Below are positions 38,901 to 49,300 of a stretch of DNA of 64,000 nt, in pieces (the first letter of the stretch is position 1; the number at the start of each line of letters is the position of its first letter). Origin of the DNA: Octopus sinensis (lineage: Eukaryota); NCBI RefSeq assembly GCF_006345805.1, contig NC_042999.1, positions 142,352,001 to 142,416,000 on the forward strand, given 5' to 3'. Position numbers and translations under genes: made by a program. The notes beneath the pieces are model-generated. The model did not search any database. It had not been told where the DNA came from and was given only the letters and a program-made list of their open reading frames with translations.

Positions 38901-41900
38901 AGTAGTGTTGTTCTTGCATGAGGTGTCTAGGTTACATCTAAATAGTGCTTGTGAATGAAGGATGCATATTAACGTGAAAAATAGATGCCTGTCCATTTTC
39001 TTGGTTGAAGGATTAGCTTTAAATACAATCCACATTGTGACAAAATATATAATAAAAAGAATTGAATTTGAATAGCTTTCAATATTGAATGATACTGAAA
39101 AATATATACTTGTGTAATAAATATTTATAACAAACTGACACACATTTACAAAGAACAAACAAACAAATACACACTCCCATAATGCAAATAACACACACAA
39201 ACACACACACTCACTCTCTTACATATTTAAATTTCTTTTATAGCAAACAGTGAAGTTTTTACTGTTATCAATAAAACATTGATGAGTATTTTTAAAAAAG
39301 GAAAACTTCCATCAAAGTCTTCTAAAATTTCAACTGAGTACTTCTGGGTGAGTCCTGCTTTTGACATTTAATATAGAAATTATCTACTCTTTAGCTTGGC
39401 AGTTTTCAATTCAGCAAACATCAGACATGTTTTTGTAATTTTAGTTGAATTAGAATGATGAAATTCAAATATTGATTTAAATACTGTATTTTATGTATTG
39501 AGTGCATGAGATGGAGAAGTTGACATAACATTCATTCATACCTTCTTCCATATTATTAACAATGGAATAAATGTTGTTGTTTAGCTCCAAGTTATACCTA
39601 AGTAAGCTAACCTCTGATTGATATTTTTACGGGCATAATGTATCCAAGATTACATTATTCAATGTGTCCTTCCTTTTTTTTAAGATGTTAGGATGTTATT
39701 TGTGGAGACTTAGCTGCTATTTTGAGCAAGTTGTGCAAACACATAGAGGCTTTCTCATTTGGTATCTTCTTATCATTGGTTATATTATATGAATGAAAAC
39801 CTTTCCACTCTGTGCATATACTAAATATCCCTTCCACCAAAAGCACTGGTGCTGGCACCATGTAAAAAGCACCCAGTACACTTTATAAAGTGGTTGGCAT
39901 TAGGAAGAACATCCAGCTGTAAAAACAATGCCAAACAGACAATGGAACTTGGTATGGCTCCTGGCTTTGCCAGCTCCTCTCAAACTGTCCACCCTGTGCT
40001 AGTATGGAAAATGAATGTTAAATGATGATGATGAAGACGACAATAGTTATTGTCATAATTGAGGTAAAGAAGCTATGTTGACCATTGGTTATAAACTATC
40101 TAACCCAGTGAAATGTAGTGGTTCTATGTGGAAATTGAGATGGGTTGGCCCACTCTATCCACCAGGAACTTGCCTCCACAAAAGGTATGGCTATTTGGTT
40201 AAGAAGCTTGCTTCCCAACCACACGATTTCAGTTTCAGTTTTACAGTTTGGTACCTTGGGCAAGAGTCTTCTACTATAATCCTAGGCTGACCAAAAGCAT
40301 GTCAGTGGATTTGCTCCATGGAAACTGAAAGAAGCCTATTGGCTGTGTGTTTTGCTTTGTCTTGATATTACATGGCAAGTTGTGAGTGTCACTGTCATTC
40401 ATTTCCAATATTCTATAGAAACATGTCTGGCCATAGGGAAATATTTCCTTTCTTGGAAACAGGTGAGGGCCAGTGACAGGAAGGGTATCTGGCTGTAGAA
40501 AGTCTGCCTCGATAAATTCTGTCCAACCCATGTAGGCAGTGGGAAGTGGGCATTAAAACAATGATGGTAATGATGATGATGATATTGTTTCACCAGGCAT
40601 ATGATGTATTTTTGTTGTGAATTGATTTCTTTTAATCATGGAAATGTTAATGACTAGCATGAATTTGGATGAAACTAATGACTGTTAAAATACCATTATT
40701 TTTACTAATCATAAAAATATTTTAACTAGTACACTACCATTTTTTCCAACTCTGATAGTCTTTATATTATTAGTATAAGATCTTGGAGAAACCAGATGGC
40801 TTAATGGTTAGAGTATTCAGCTATTGATTGTAAGGTTGTGAGTTCAGTTCCCAGCAGCTTGTTGCATCCTTGAACAAGACACTTTATTTCTCATTGCTCC
40901 AGTTCACTCAGTTGGCAAAATTGAGCTGTACCTGCAATTCAAAGGGCCAGCCTTTTCACATTCTGTGTCACACTGAATCTCCCTGAGAACTATGTTAAGA
41001 GTATGTGTGTCTGTGGAGCACTCAGCCACTTGCATGCTAATTTCACAAGCAGGTTGTTCCATTGATCAAATCAACTGGAATCATCAAATTTGTAATTGAC
41101 GGAGAGCCAGTATTAGATCATCCAGTAATCATGTTGTAGTTCTAACTTTAACTATTGTATTCTATCTTAATCTATAGTAATAACTCACCATATTATTTCT
41201 ATTCTGCAATAATTTTCAGATATTTTTTAGTCTTGGAGTAATACTTGGAGCTTACTTTTCATCATTTCATTCATATAATTATGAATATAGTCAAGTTACA
41301 AGAAACCAAGCCTTTGTTGGTGGTGTTCTAGTATCTTGGGGATCAAAGATGGCTGCAGGATGTTACATGTAAGTATAGTTATATTTATCTTATATTACAA
41401 CATGTGACCAAAGCATTGTTGGTTATGAGTTTCTGTTGGACGAACCACAGATTCACTGCATTTACAATGGCATCAGTGACCAGAGTTGTTGTTATAATTT
41501 GGGTGATAAAATACCATTAAGAGTTTTTGTCTCTAAGCATTGGTTATCAGTTGTTCTTAATATTTACATCTTTTGCTGAAATACACATATACACATGTAT
41601 GCACACCCCTTTAATTTTTACATCTGTTTTTCCATGCTAGCGTGGGGTAGATGAATATATTATTGCAACATTGTTTTATAGCTGAATGCTTGTTCTGTCA
41701 CTAACCCTGTGAATGATTTGTTGAAGGAGATATGAGAACATCAACACTTGTAGCTCAGCAATTTTCAAAGAACACAAATGTAAATATATATATATATATA
41801 TATATACTAGCAGTATCGCCCGGCATTGCTCAGGTTTGTAAGGGAAATAACTATATAAGCATTTTTAGAGAGTTACTTCCCTTATAGATGCCAATTCGAG

Positions 41901-44900
41901 CTTTCTTAACCATTTCTGTTTTGGTGTCTTCAAGCCATGAAGTCGTTGTTCTAAAAGAACGCTGGTCTCCTTGACAACGCTTTACGACGTTGATTTCCTT
42001 ACACTCCCTTCCCCACAGCTTCACGAGGGAGGGAAGAAGGGGGAGAAGCAAACAGGTGCAGGTGTGACCATGGACTCCAACTCCGCCGCCATCGACACAC
42101 GAAAAATTATGCATTAAAATGGAATAAAAAATGATGTTAAATTATTTTTAAAATCGTAGACGCGCGCTAATACTCAGACGGGCTTGATATTAATCACGAC
42201 TATAAGATACCCGGTTTTGGTTAAACTGCACCGCAAAATGTGGGAGTAGTTAGGAATCTAAATCGAAGGGGACAGACACTCACACAACTACAGTTTTATA
42301 TATATAGATATACACAGTGGCGGCCAAAATGTTCAGAATGGCATTGTTTTCGTCAGAAAAGTAGATATAATTTTTTATCAAAGTTGTTTTATATTCTATA
42401 ATTTTCACAGACAATAAATACGATATTATTTGTTATTGCCTGAGATTTTGGTGTAATTTGAGAGGATAATACAAAAGTTATGGATGATTTAGTGATTTAC
42501 TGCAAAACCCATGGTGGCTAAAATGATCAGAACGGTTGCTTTTACTCTGTGTTTTAGTATATTTAACTGGCGAACTCTAATGTTTTGAATTTGTTTACGT
42601 GACAGTTCGTTTACTAAACATTAGTAAGAATATTTGCATTGTACTTTGTTAATATAATGCCACTTACTCCGTTACCAATTCGTCGGCAGATTATTAAACT
42701 TCGAAGGAAGGATAATTTAAGTATTGGATCTATTGCAAAGATTGTTAACAAGTCAAAAAGTGTTGTACACGGTATTCTTAAGGTCTACGATGATTGTGGT
42801 TTGTGTGAAGCAAGAAAGTTTACAGGTAGGCCAAGAAAAACGACCAAGAGAGAAGATCGTGCTATGGTAAAGTTGGTTATAAAGGACAGATTTAAAACTG
42901 CTGCTGCTGTTTCTCGGAAAATGAGCATTGTATTGAAGAAAACTTTATCTCGAAAAACTGTGTCTCGTCGTTTAGTTGAACATGACCTACAAGCAAGAGC
43001 ACCTGCAGTGAAGCCACTGATCAGCTCCAAGAATAAAGTGTCGTCTTACCATTGCAACCAAAAATGTGTTGTGGTCGCAAGAAAAATGGCAAACGGTGCA
43101 TTTCAGTGATGAATCTAAGTTTATGTTATTTGGCTCAGATGGGGAAAGGTACGGTCGTAGAAAAGTAGGTGAAAAATTGTCGCCTAAATGCCTTAAGACT
43201 AGTGTTAAATTCGGTGGAGGAAGTGTCATGGTTTGGGGGATGATATCTGGAGATGGTGTGGGCCCTTTGGTGCGATTACATGGAAAGGTAAATGCAGGAG
43301 TTTATAAACAACTTGTAAAAGATCATGTCTTGCCTGTGCTGAGAAATTCAACTAAGCGACCACCCATATTCATGCAGGACAATGCCCCATGTCACAAGGC
43401 TAAGGTGGTCATGAACTTCCTCAAGGCTGAAAAGGTTATTGTTATGGATTGGCCTGCTCAAAGCCCAGATCTCAATCATATTGAAAATGTATGGAATATT
43501 CTAGAACGGTCGAAAGCCAGAAATCCTAAAACAACTGAGCAATTATGGAATGCCCTTCAGGAAGAATGGAATAAGATCACCCAGCAAGAAATTGAAAATT
43601 TAGTTTCCTCATGCAGTCAAAGATGTCAGAGTGTGATTGAAGCTAAAGGGCTTCACACTAAATATTAAATAATTCCAGTATTCTCTGTCATTTTTTATTA
43701 TTTTGTTGTTTTTTCAACCGTTCTGATCATTTTGGCTGCCATGGGTTTTGCAGTAAATCACTAAATCATCTATAACTTTTGTATTATCCTCTCAAATTAC
43801 ACCAAAATCTCAGACAATAACAATTAATATTGTATTTATTGTCTGTGAAAATTATAGAATATAAAACTACTTTGATAAAAAATTATATCTACTTTTCTGA
43901 CGAAAACAATGCCGTTTTGAACATTTTGGCTGCAACTGTATATATATATATATATATATATATAATTTAATTTAATTTATGCAGTGTTTAAGATAAGAGC
44001 TATTAATAGCTTCTTGCCACTGAGTCATTGAGATTAAGCAGATTTATATAACATGCCTTGTGTCTCTTCATGGCCACTCTTGCACCCATTTCCAGGTAAG
44101 AAATGCTTCTTTATATAAACAGCTGTTAAGCGTTTATGGTTGATCAACTTCTGCTGCTGTGGCTGCTCTCTATGTTTTTACCATTAACACCACCACTACT
44201 ACTACAACAATAACATTCTGTTACTGATTTGTTGTCTCTGCATTCAGTCTTGTCAGAGTAAGTTGATGTTTATGCGATGCCTTATTCAAGGAGTGAAGAG
44301 TAGATATGTTGAGAAAAAGAATTTTTTAAATATTTTATATTCTAATTATAGTGTCCTGTGTTACAGGTTTTCAATGAGAACTTTTTTTTTATATTCTATA
44401 TTCTAATTATAGTTTCCTGTGTTACAGGTTTTCAATGAGAACTTTTTTTTTATATTCTATATTCTAATTATAGTTTCCTGTGTTACAGGTTTTCAATGAG
44501 AACATTTTTTTATATTTTATATTCTAATTATAGTGTCCTGTGTTACAGGTTTTCACTGGTTCACTGCACTTATGACAAGAGTAACTAAGGAATGTCACCA
44601 ATTTTTCCTGTTTCATACATACACACACCAATTATAGAGGGAGCCATTATGTTTTCCATATCAGTTTATGATTGCTAAAATTTATAGTTATTGCTTCCCT
44701 GTTCTTATAAACATATCATCATCATCATTTAACATCCATTGTCCATGCTGGCATGGGTGGGACAGTTTGACCAGGGCTGGTAAGCTGGAAGGCTGCACCA
44801 GACTCCACTCTGATTTGGCATGGTTCTCTACAGCTGAATGCCAACCACTCCAAGAATGTATTGGGTGCTTTTATGTGCCACCAGCACAGGTGCCATTTGC

Positions 44901-46351
44901 ATGACACCGGTATCTGCCACAACTGCAATTTTGCTTGGCTTGAAGGTCTTCTTCTCAAGCATGACATAATACCAAAGTTCTCGCTCATTGCCTCTGTGAG
45001 GCCCAACACTTGAAGGGAACTCAGCCACTTTACCTCCATGAAGCCTAATGCTTAAAAGGAACTTGGCCACTGTGCCTCCATGAGGCCTAATGCTCAAAAG
45101 GAACTCAGTCACTTTGCCTCCATGAGGCCTAATGCTCAGAAGGAACTCGGCCACTTTGCCTCCATGAAGCCCAACACTTGAAAGGAACACATATAAAAGA
45201 AAATATGTGTGTGTGTATTATATGTATATATTCTATATATCATCATCATCACTGTTGTTTTAACATCTACTATTCTTGTTTGCATGGGTCAGATGGAATT
45301 TGTTGAGATGGATTTTCTACAGTTTGATGCCCCTGCTGGGCTTCTTTTAGTTTGTGGCCTGTGGCTAGAGTAGAAGATACTTGTTCAAGTCCAACATGCA
45401 GTGGGACTGAACTCAAAGCCATGTTGTTGGAAAGCAAACTTCATATATACCGGGCTGACATGAAATTTCATTATTTCTTTAAGTTTGAATGTTTAACAGT
45501 AGGAAGGACATCTGGTAGTAGTTATCCAAAATACAAAATCTGTATAAGACATTCTTCCTATTTCTTATTATTTTGATGTTTTTCAATACAAATAATAATT
45601 TATTTGACCCTCAGAAAAAATGCCTTATAACATTTGTTCTGATTCTTTACTTGCTGAGTTCAAATCCTGCCAAGGTTAACTTTACCTTTCATCTTTCGAG
45701 GTTGTGGACTACTGCCTCCTTCTGCTAAGACCCTTTTCCTCCTCCTCCTCCTACAATAACAACAACAAACATTGGGGAAAAGCATAGCTCTCCAACCTGT
45801 TAGATCCCAGCCAAACAACCTACCCATGCTACATTGTAAGCAAATTTAAAAATAACGAAATGGATGTGCTTTCACACTCATGAAACTTTTAAGCAATGTA
45901 TAAGTCAACCCTTCCTGCACATATATTCTTTTCTACTCTAGGCACAAGGCTTGAAATTTTTGGGGAGGGAGCCAGTCGATTAGATTGACCCAGTATGCAA
46001 CTGGTACTTAACTTATCCACCCTCAAAAGGATGAAAGGCAAAGTCGACCTCAGCGCAGAATGTAAAGACTTCCCCCACATATACTGTAGCATGATGCAGT
46101 CCTTGAACGCATTAGATTCTGTCAAACCATTCAACCCAAACCAGTTTGAAACATATATGTTAAAAGATGATGATGATGATATATGTAAAACAAAAATTGC
46201 ACCTCAACATGTTAAAGTAATTCTAAATTTTTCTACTTGCAGTGGTCATGGCATATCTGGTATAATGCTTCTCTCCAAATTATCATTTGCCGTTGTTCCA
46301 GCTCTGTGGGCTGGTGGTTTTATTGCCACATCACTTCTACAATATTTTTAA
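21622..46351 (+). CDS. YeeE/YedE (TsuA-like, Sulf_transp) family multi-pass membrane protein, putative thiosulfate/sulfur-compound transporter, 9 exons, 355 aa
   Basis: Exons, all GT-AG and phase-consistent: 21622-21715 (MWLGQ...[14 protein letters not shown]), 28477-28560 ([28 protein letters not shown]), 29281-29438 (GMFLCS...[17 protein letters not shown]), 30464-30603 ([12 protein letters not shown]...[10 protein letters not shown]...), 32221-32335 (...[12 protein letters not shown]), 38007-38121 (...VWSPYLIG...LQLIL), 39244-39347 (least certain), 41220-41368 ([12 protein letters not shown]...[19 protein letters not shown]), 46243-46351 ([16 protein letters not shown]...WAGG...stop). Total 1068 nt. 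Two GG-x-x-x-G-x-G-x-x-x-A-[GA]-[GA]-C motifs and GCxxGHG are YeeE/YedE hallmarks. Confidence 0.85.
23344..25124. mobile_element. Non-autonomous foldback DNA transposon with about 600-bp terminal inverted arms and an 8-bp TSD
   Basis: Arms 23344-23944 and 24510-25124 are near-perfect reverse complements. Termini are GGTTAATATAGGGCG...CGCCCTATATTAACC. CAAATGTC flanks both ends (23336-23343 and 25125-25132). The spacer is 565 bp with no recognisable transposase. Confidence 0.9.
33320..33605. repeat. Compound (TA)n/(TATG)n microsatellite; similar tracts at 6925-7030, 26765-26842 and 35946-36015
   Basis: Visible directly in the sequence. It explains the Y/I/M/V-rich spurious ORFs in the ORF track. 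Confidence 0.95.
34447..35287. repeat. About 370-390-bp tandem repeat, about 2.2 copies, with (GA)n tracts
   Basis: CCGCGCATTGGG recurs at about 34449, 34841 and 35211. The long intervening blocks are nearly identical. Confidence 0.9.
36064..36358 (+). mobile_element. tRNA-derived SINE
   Basis: A-box TGGCCTAGTGG and B-box GGTTCGAATCTC followed by a non-tRNA body and an AAC-rich tail. A more decayed tRNA-headed SINE lies at about 40796-41110. Confidence 0.75.
38170..38530 (-). mobile_element. Old CR1/Jockey-like LINE 3' relic; similar relics at about 3240-3530 and 13300-13500
   Basis: Minus-strand remnants resemble YYN.CS.EL...RT.LY..SFF...W..LP, but are heavily mutated. Confidence 0.45.
41806..42309 (+). 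mobile_element. Helitron/Helentron-associated non-autonomous element (HINE/DINE-like)
   Basis: 5' end TATACTAGCAGTATCGCCCGGCATTGCTC. 3' end ...CAGACACTCACAC...CAGTTTTATATATATAGAT. Both resemble recalled DINE-like termini. No ORF. Confidence 0.55.
42315..43938 (+). mobile_element. Tc1-family DNA transposon (DD34E), IR/DR type, full length (1624 bp), transposase frameshifted
   Basis: 224-bp TIRs at 42315-42538 and 43715-43938 begin CAGT. The right flank is TA, the left is CA within a TA-rich tract. Transposase runs from ATG 42657 (HTH region, GRPRKT) to stop 43668 and contains [20 protein letters not shown] and [12 protein letters not shown]; there are 34 residues between D and E. One frameshift lies near 43036. 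Confidence 0.95.
44330..44555. repeat. About 61-bp tandem repeat, about 3.7 copies
   Basis: TCTAATTATAG...TGTGTTACAGGTTTTCA recurs at 44341, 44402, 44463 and 44523. Confidence 0.9.
44998..45188. repeat. 39-bp minisatellite, about 5 copies, at the end of a SINE-like repeat
   Basis: Unit approximates GAGGCCTAATGCTCAAAAGGAACTCAGCCACTTTGCCTCCAT. Confidence 0.8.
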
Positions 46352-49300
46352 CATCAGCCATCAATCTTTATTCTGAATAATAATTGACTGTTGAATTTTT
46401 TCTGTTTTTCAATTTTGGACATTCAACTCACCTTACTGTGATACCTTTATGCATTGTTTAGGGTATGGGCTTAGAACAATTCTCTTATCAGTGCAATGTT
46501 GGAAAAAACATACATAATTGCTGATATTCATTTATTCAAATAACATTATTTCCCCCAAGTAAAAAACAATATTCTGGTTCTTCATAATATAATCTCCCCA
46601 AACACGTTTCATGTATAACAAAGCATATATGAATGTGTGTGTGTAGTGTGTCTTTTGCTGTGTGAGGAAAATGAAAGCTTGTATATCATCTTTACCTATT
46701 CATGTTTTGAGCCATATCACTTGTTGCAGAAACCCTTGAGAAAGGAATGAGCTGCTTGCAATCCCATTTCTCTTTCCTATAACAATGAAATCATATAGCT
46801 GTGTAAATATGATTACACTTTGCAGGACAGAACTATAGGGTAAAAAGAACAGTTATTTTACATTTACATCACAAATGAATACCTTTTGGTGCAAATACAA
46901 ATTTTATTTACCTTATAGCTTATACCTGTACAAGAAACTAACATGTAATGTTCACCCCACATGCAATGAACTAATTATTGACATTCAAATTTCCCAGTGT
47001 AATTGTTTAATATTATATAAAGTAATAGTAAACCAAATTAATGTAGCATTGCACTAACTGAAGAATTGATCATTCATAAACTGTATATTGGTTAATATTT
47101 TTAATGCTCACAACACCCAGCTATGAATAGGTACATTTCACTGATGCAAAGACTCAGAATATCATATAATTGATGTTTCATTCGATGTCACTGCTAAATT
47201 TAAGACCCTTGAGCAGCTTGGCCTGTGATAGTTCTTTGCAATGATACCAAGTTGGACTTGATAAGGAGAATAACCAGATAACATGGAATCCAGGTTGAAA
47301 TGTAAAGTTAACTGAGAATGTCTATTGTATTGATGTTTTCTTGGCAGTATCACCTATATTTTGAAGTCTTATACTAAGCAATACATCAATTTTGTAAATA
47401 TTATCAAATTGGTGTGCCTACAGTCATACATCAGCTCTTCTCCTTGGACATGTACATAGACTCATCAGTATTGTTTTAACATCTGTTTTTCTATGCTTGC
47501 ACAAATCACACAGAATTCATTGAGACAAATTTTCTATGGCCAGATGCCCTTCCTGTTGCCAACCCTTGCTTACAATTATCATGTGATGTCAAGATGAGGA
47601 AGCACAAACATTGTGGATTCTTCTGTTGGCTTCAATGCATGAAGGTCTAATGGTATTATAGTTGTTAGACCTTCATATGCATACATAGCAAGCTTCTTTC
47701 ATTTTGTCTATGAAATCCACTTCTTCAGTTGGCTCAGGGTTATAGTAGAAGACAATTGCTCAAGGTGTCACACACTGGGACTAAACCCAAAATTACACCT
47801 GGAAAGTAAACTTCTTAACCACACAACTAATGAGACATCCTATTTATGCAATAACATACCAAAATAAAGCTGACTGTTCATCAGTAGACAGTCACTTTAA
47901 TAGCTTGACTGGCAACTTTTGTTAGGTTTACTAATTGATGGATTTCTTTTCTTTGTGTGATCATCCTAATGAAATTATTTTTAATTTTCCACCACTATTG
48001 ATTCTATTGGCTCACAAAGTACCTCTTATCACAGTCTTTTTCTCCTAGTTTGCTAAAAAGACATAATTGAATCAGTTGTTTTGTATCTAGATTTCATCTT
48101 GGATCTTTTCAGTTGCTGTCACAGATTTCGTATTTTTTGTTTTGTTTCAGTTGTTTTCGAATTTGGAATCCCAATTTAATTTTGTATGCTAATTGTGAAA
48201 ATGACATTCATTTTTGCCTAAAATTAATAAATAAAAAGTTAATAGCTTTTTAAAATTTGCAAGTATTGGGTAATTTTAACCAATCAAAAATTACCATTAT
48301 ACACATGATCATAAATCTCACATTAGTAACAAGCAAAACTGAAGTTTGATATTTCCACTACTGCAACTTTTGATGAGTGATATTTTGTGCCTGTGTTATT
48401 TCTGTCAGTCATTTTGTAACACAGAAAATACTGGTTTTCAATTCCTGTTTTCTGATTGGATTAAAAACCATCGAACTTTGAACCTTGATAACATTTCTCT
48501 AAATTTTTCTGGGAATAAATCCTAAATGTAGATTCATCATCATCATTTAACGCCCGCTTTCCATGCTAGCATGGGTTGGACGGTTCAACTGGGGTCTGGG
48601 AAGCCAGAAGGCTGCATCAGGACCAGTCTGATCTGGCCGTGTTTCTACAGCTGGATGCCCTTCCTAATGCCAACCACTCCGTGAGTGCTTTTTACATATC
48701 TATATGTATCTAAAATCATATATTCACTTACATCCATTTCGCCAAGGCTAGCATGGGTTAGATGAATATATTTTAGGCATTGTTTTACAACTGGGCAGTC
48801 CTCCCCAAGTAGACTGCTCATTTGATTGAGTATGAAAAATCACATCAATATACCAAATTTGAAAATTTTCAATTCATTTTAAAATTTCCAAACCTGTGAT
48901 GACAACGAAAAAGATTTCACTTTCAGACTTTCCACTTGCAAAGCTAGCTATAACATTACTTATCTTTTGGAGGTGAGTCCTCGTTTATACTTCTACTCAC
49001 TCATTTAATTACCTGAAAATATTACCATAACACCAGTTTGTTGGTGTTAACTTGAAGTGTTTTCTATTTTTGTTGAGTCTACTTACCTGAAAAACAGACA
49101 TTGGTTTCATTTTTTAACAAAACTAGAGCTAAAAAGGTCATTCTGCTTGTACATTACTTACCTTCAGAATTCACGAACATCTTTGAATTTGCAGTTATGT
49201 AAAACCTATAGCCACATAGTGTACAAAGTATTTCATTAGCCTAGACATATTTTACTTGTGTCTTCAAAATTCATCAGAAATATTTATGTATTGAATTAGA

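Noticed and set aside
21622-46351. Bacterial contamination as the source of the YeeE-like sequence
   Set aside because: It has eight spliceosomal introns filled with host SINEs and transposons, and it is contiguous with SLC30A6 and GPATCH2.
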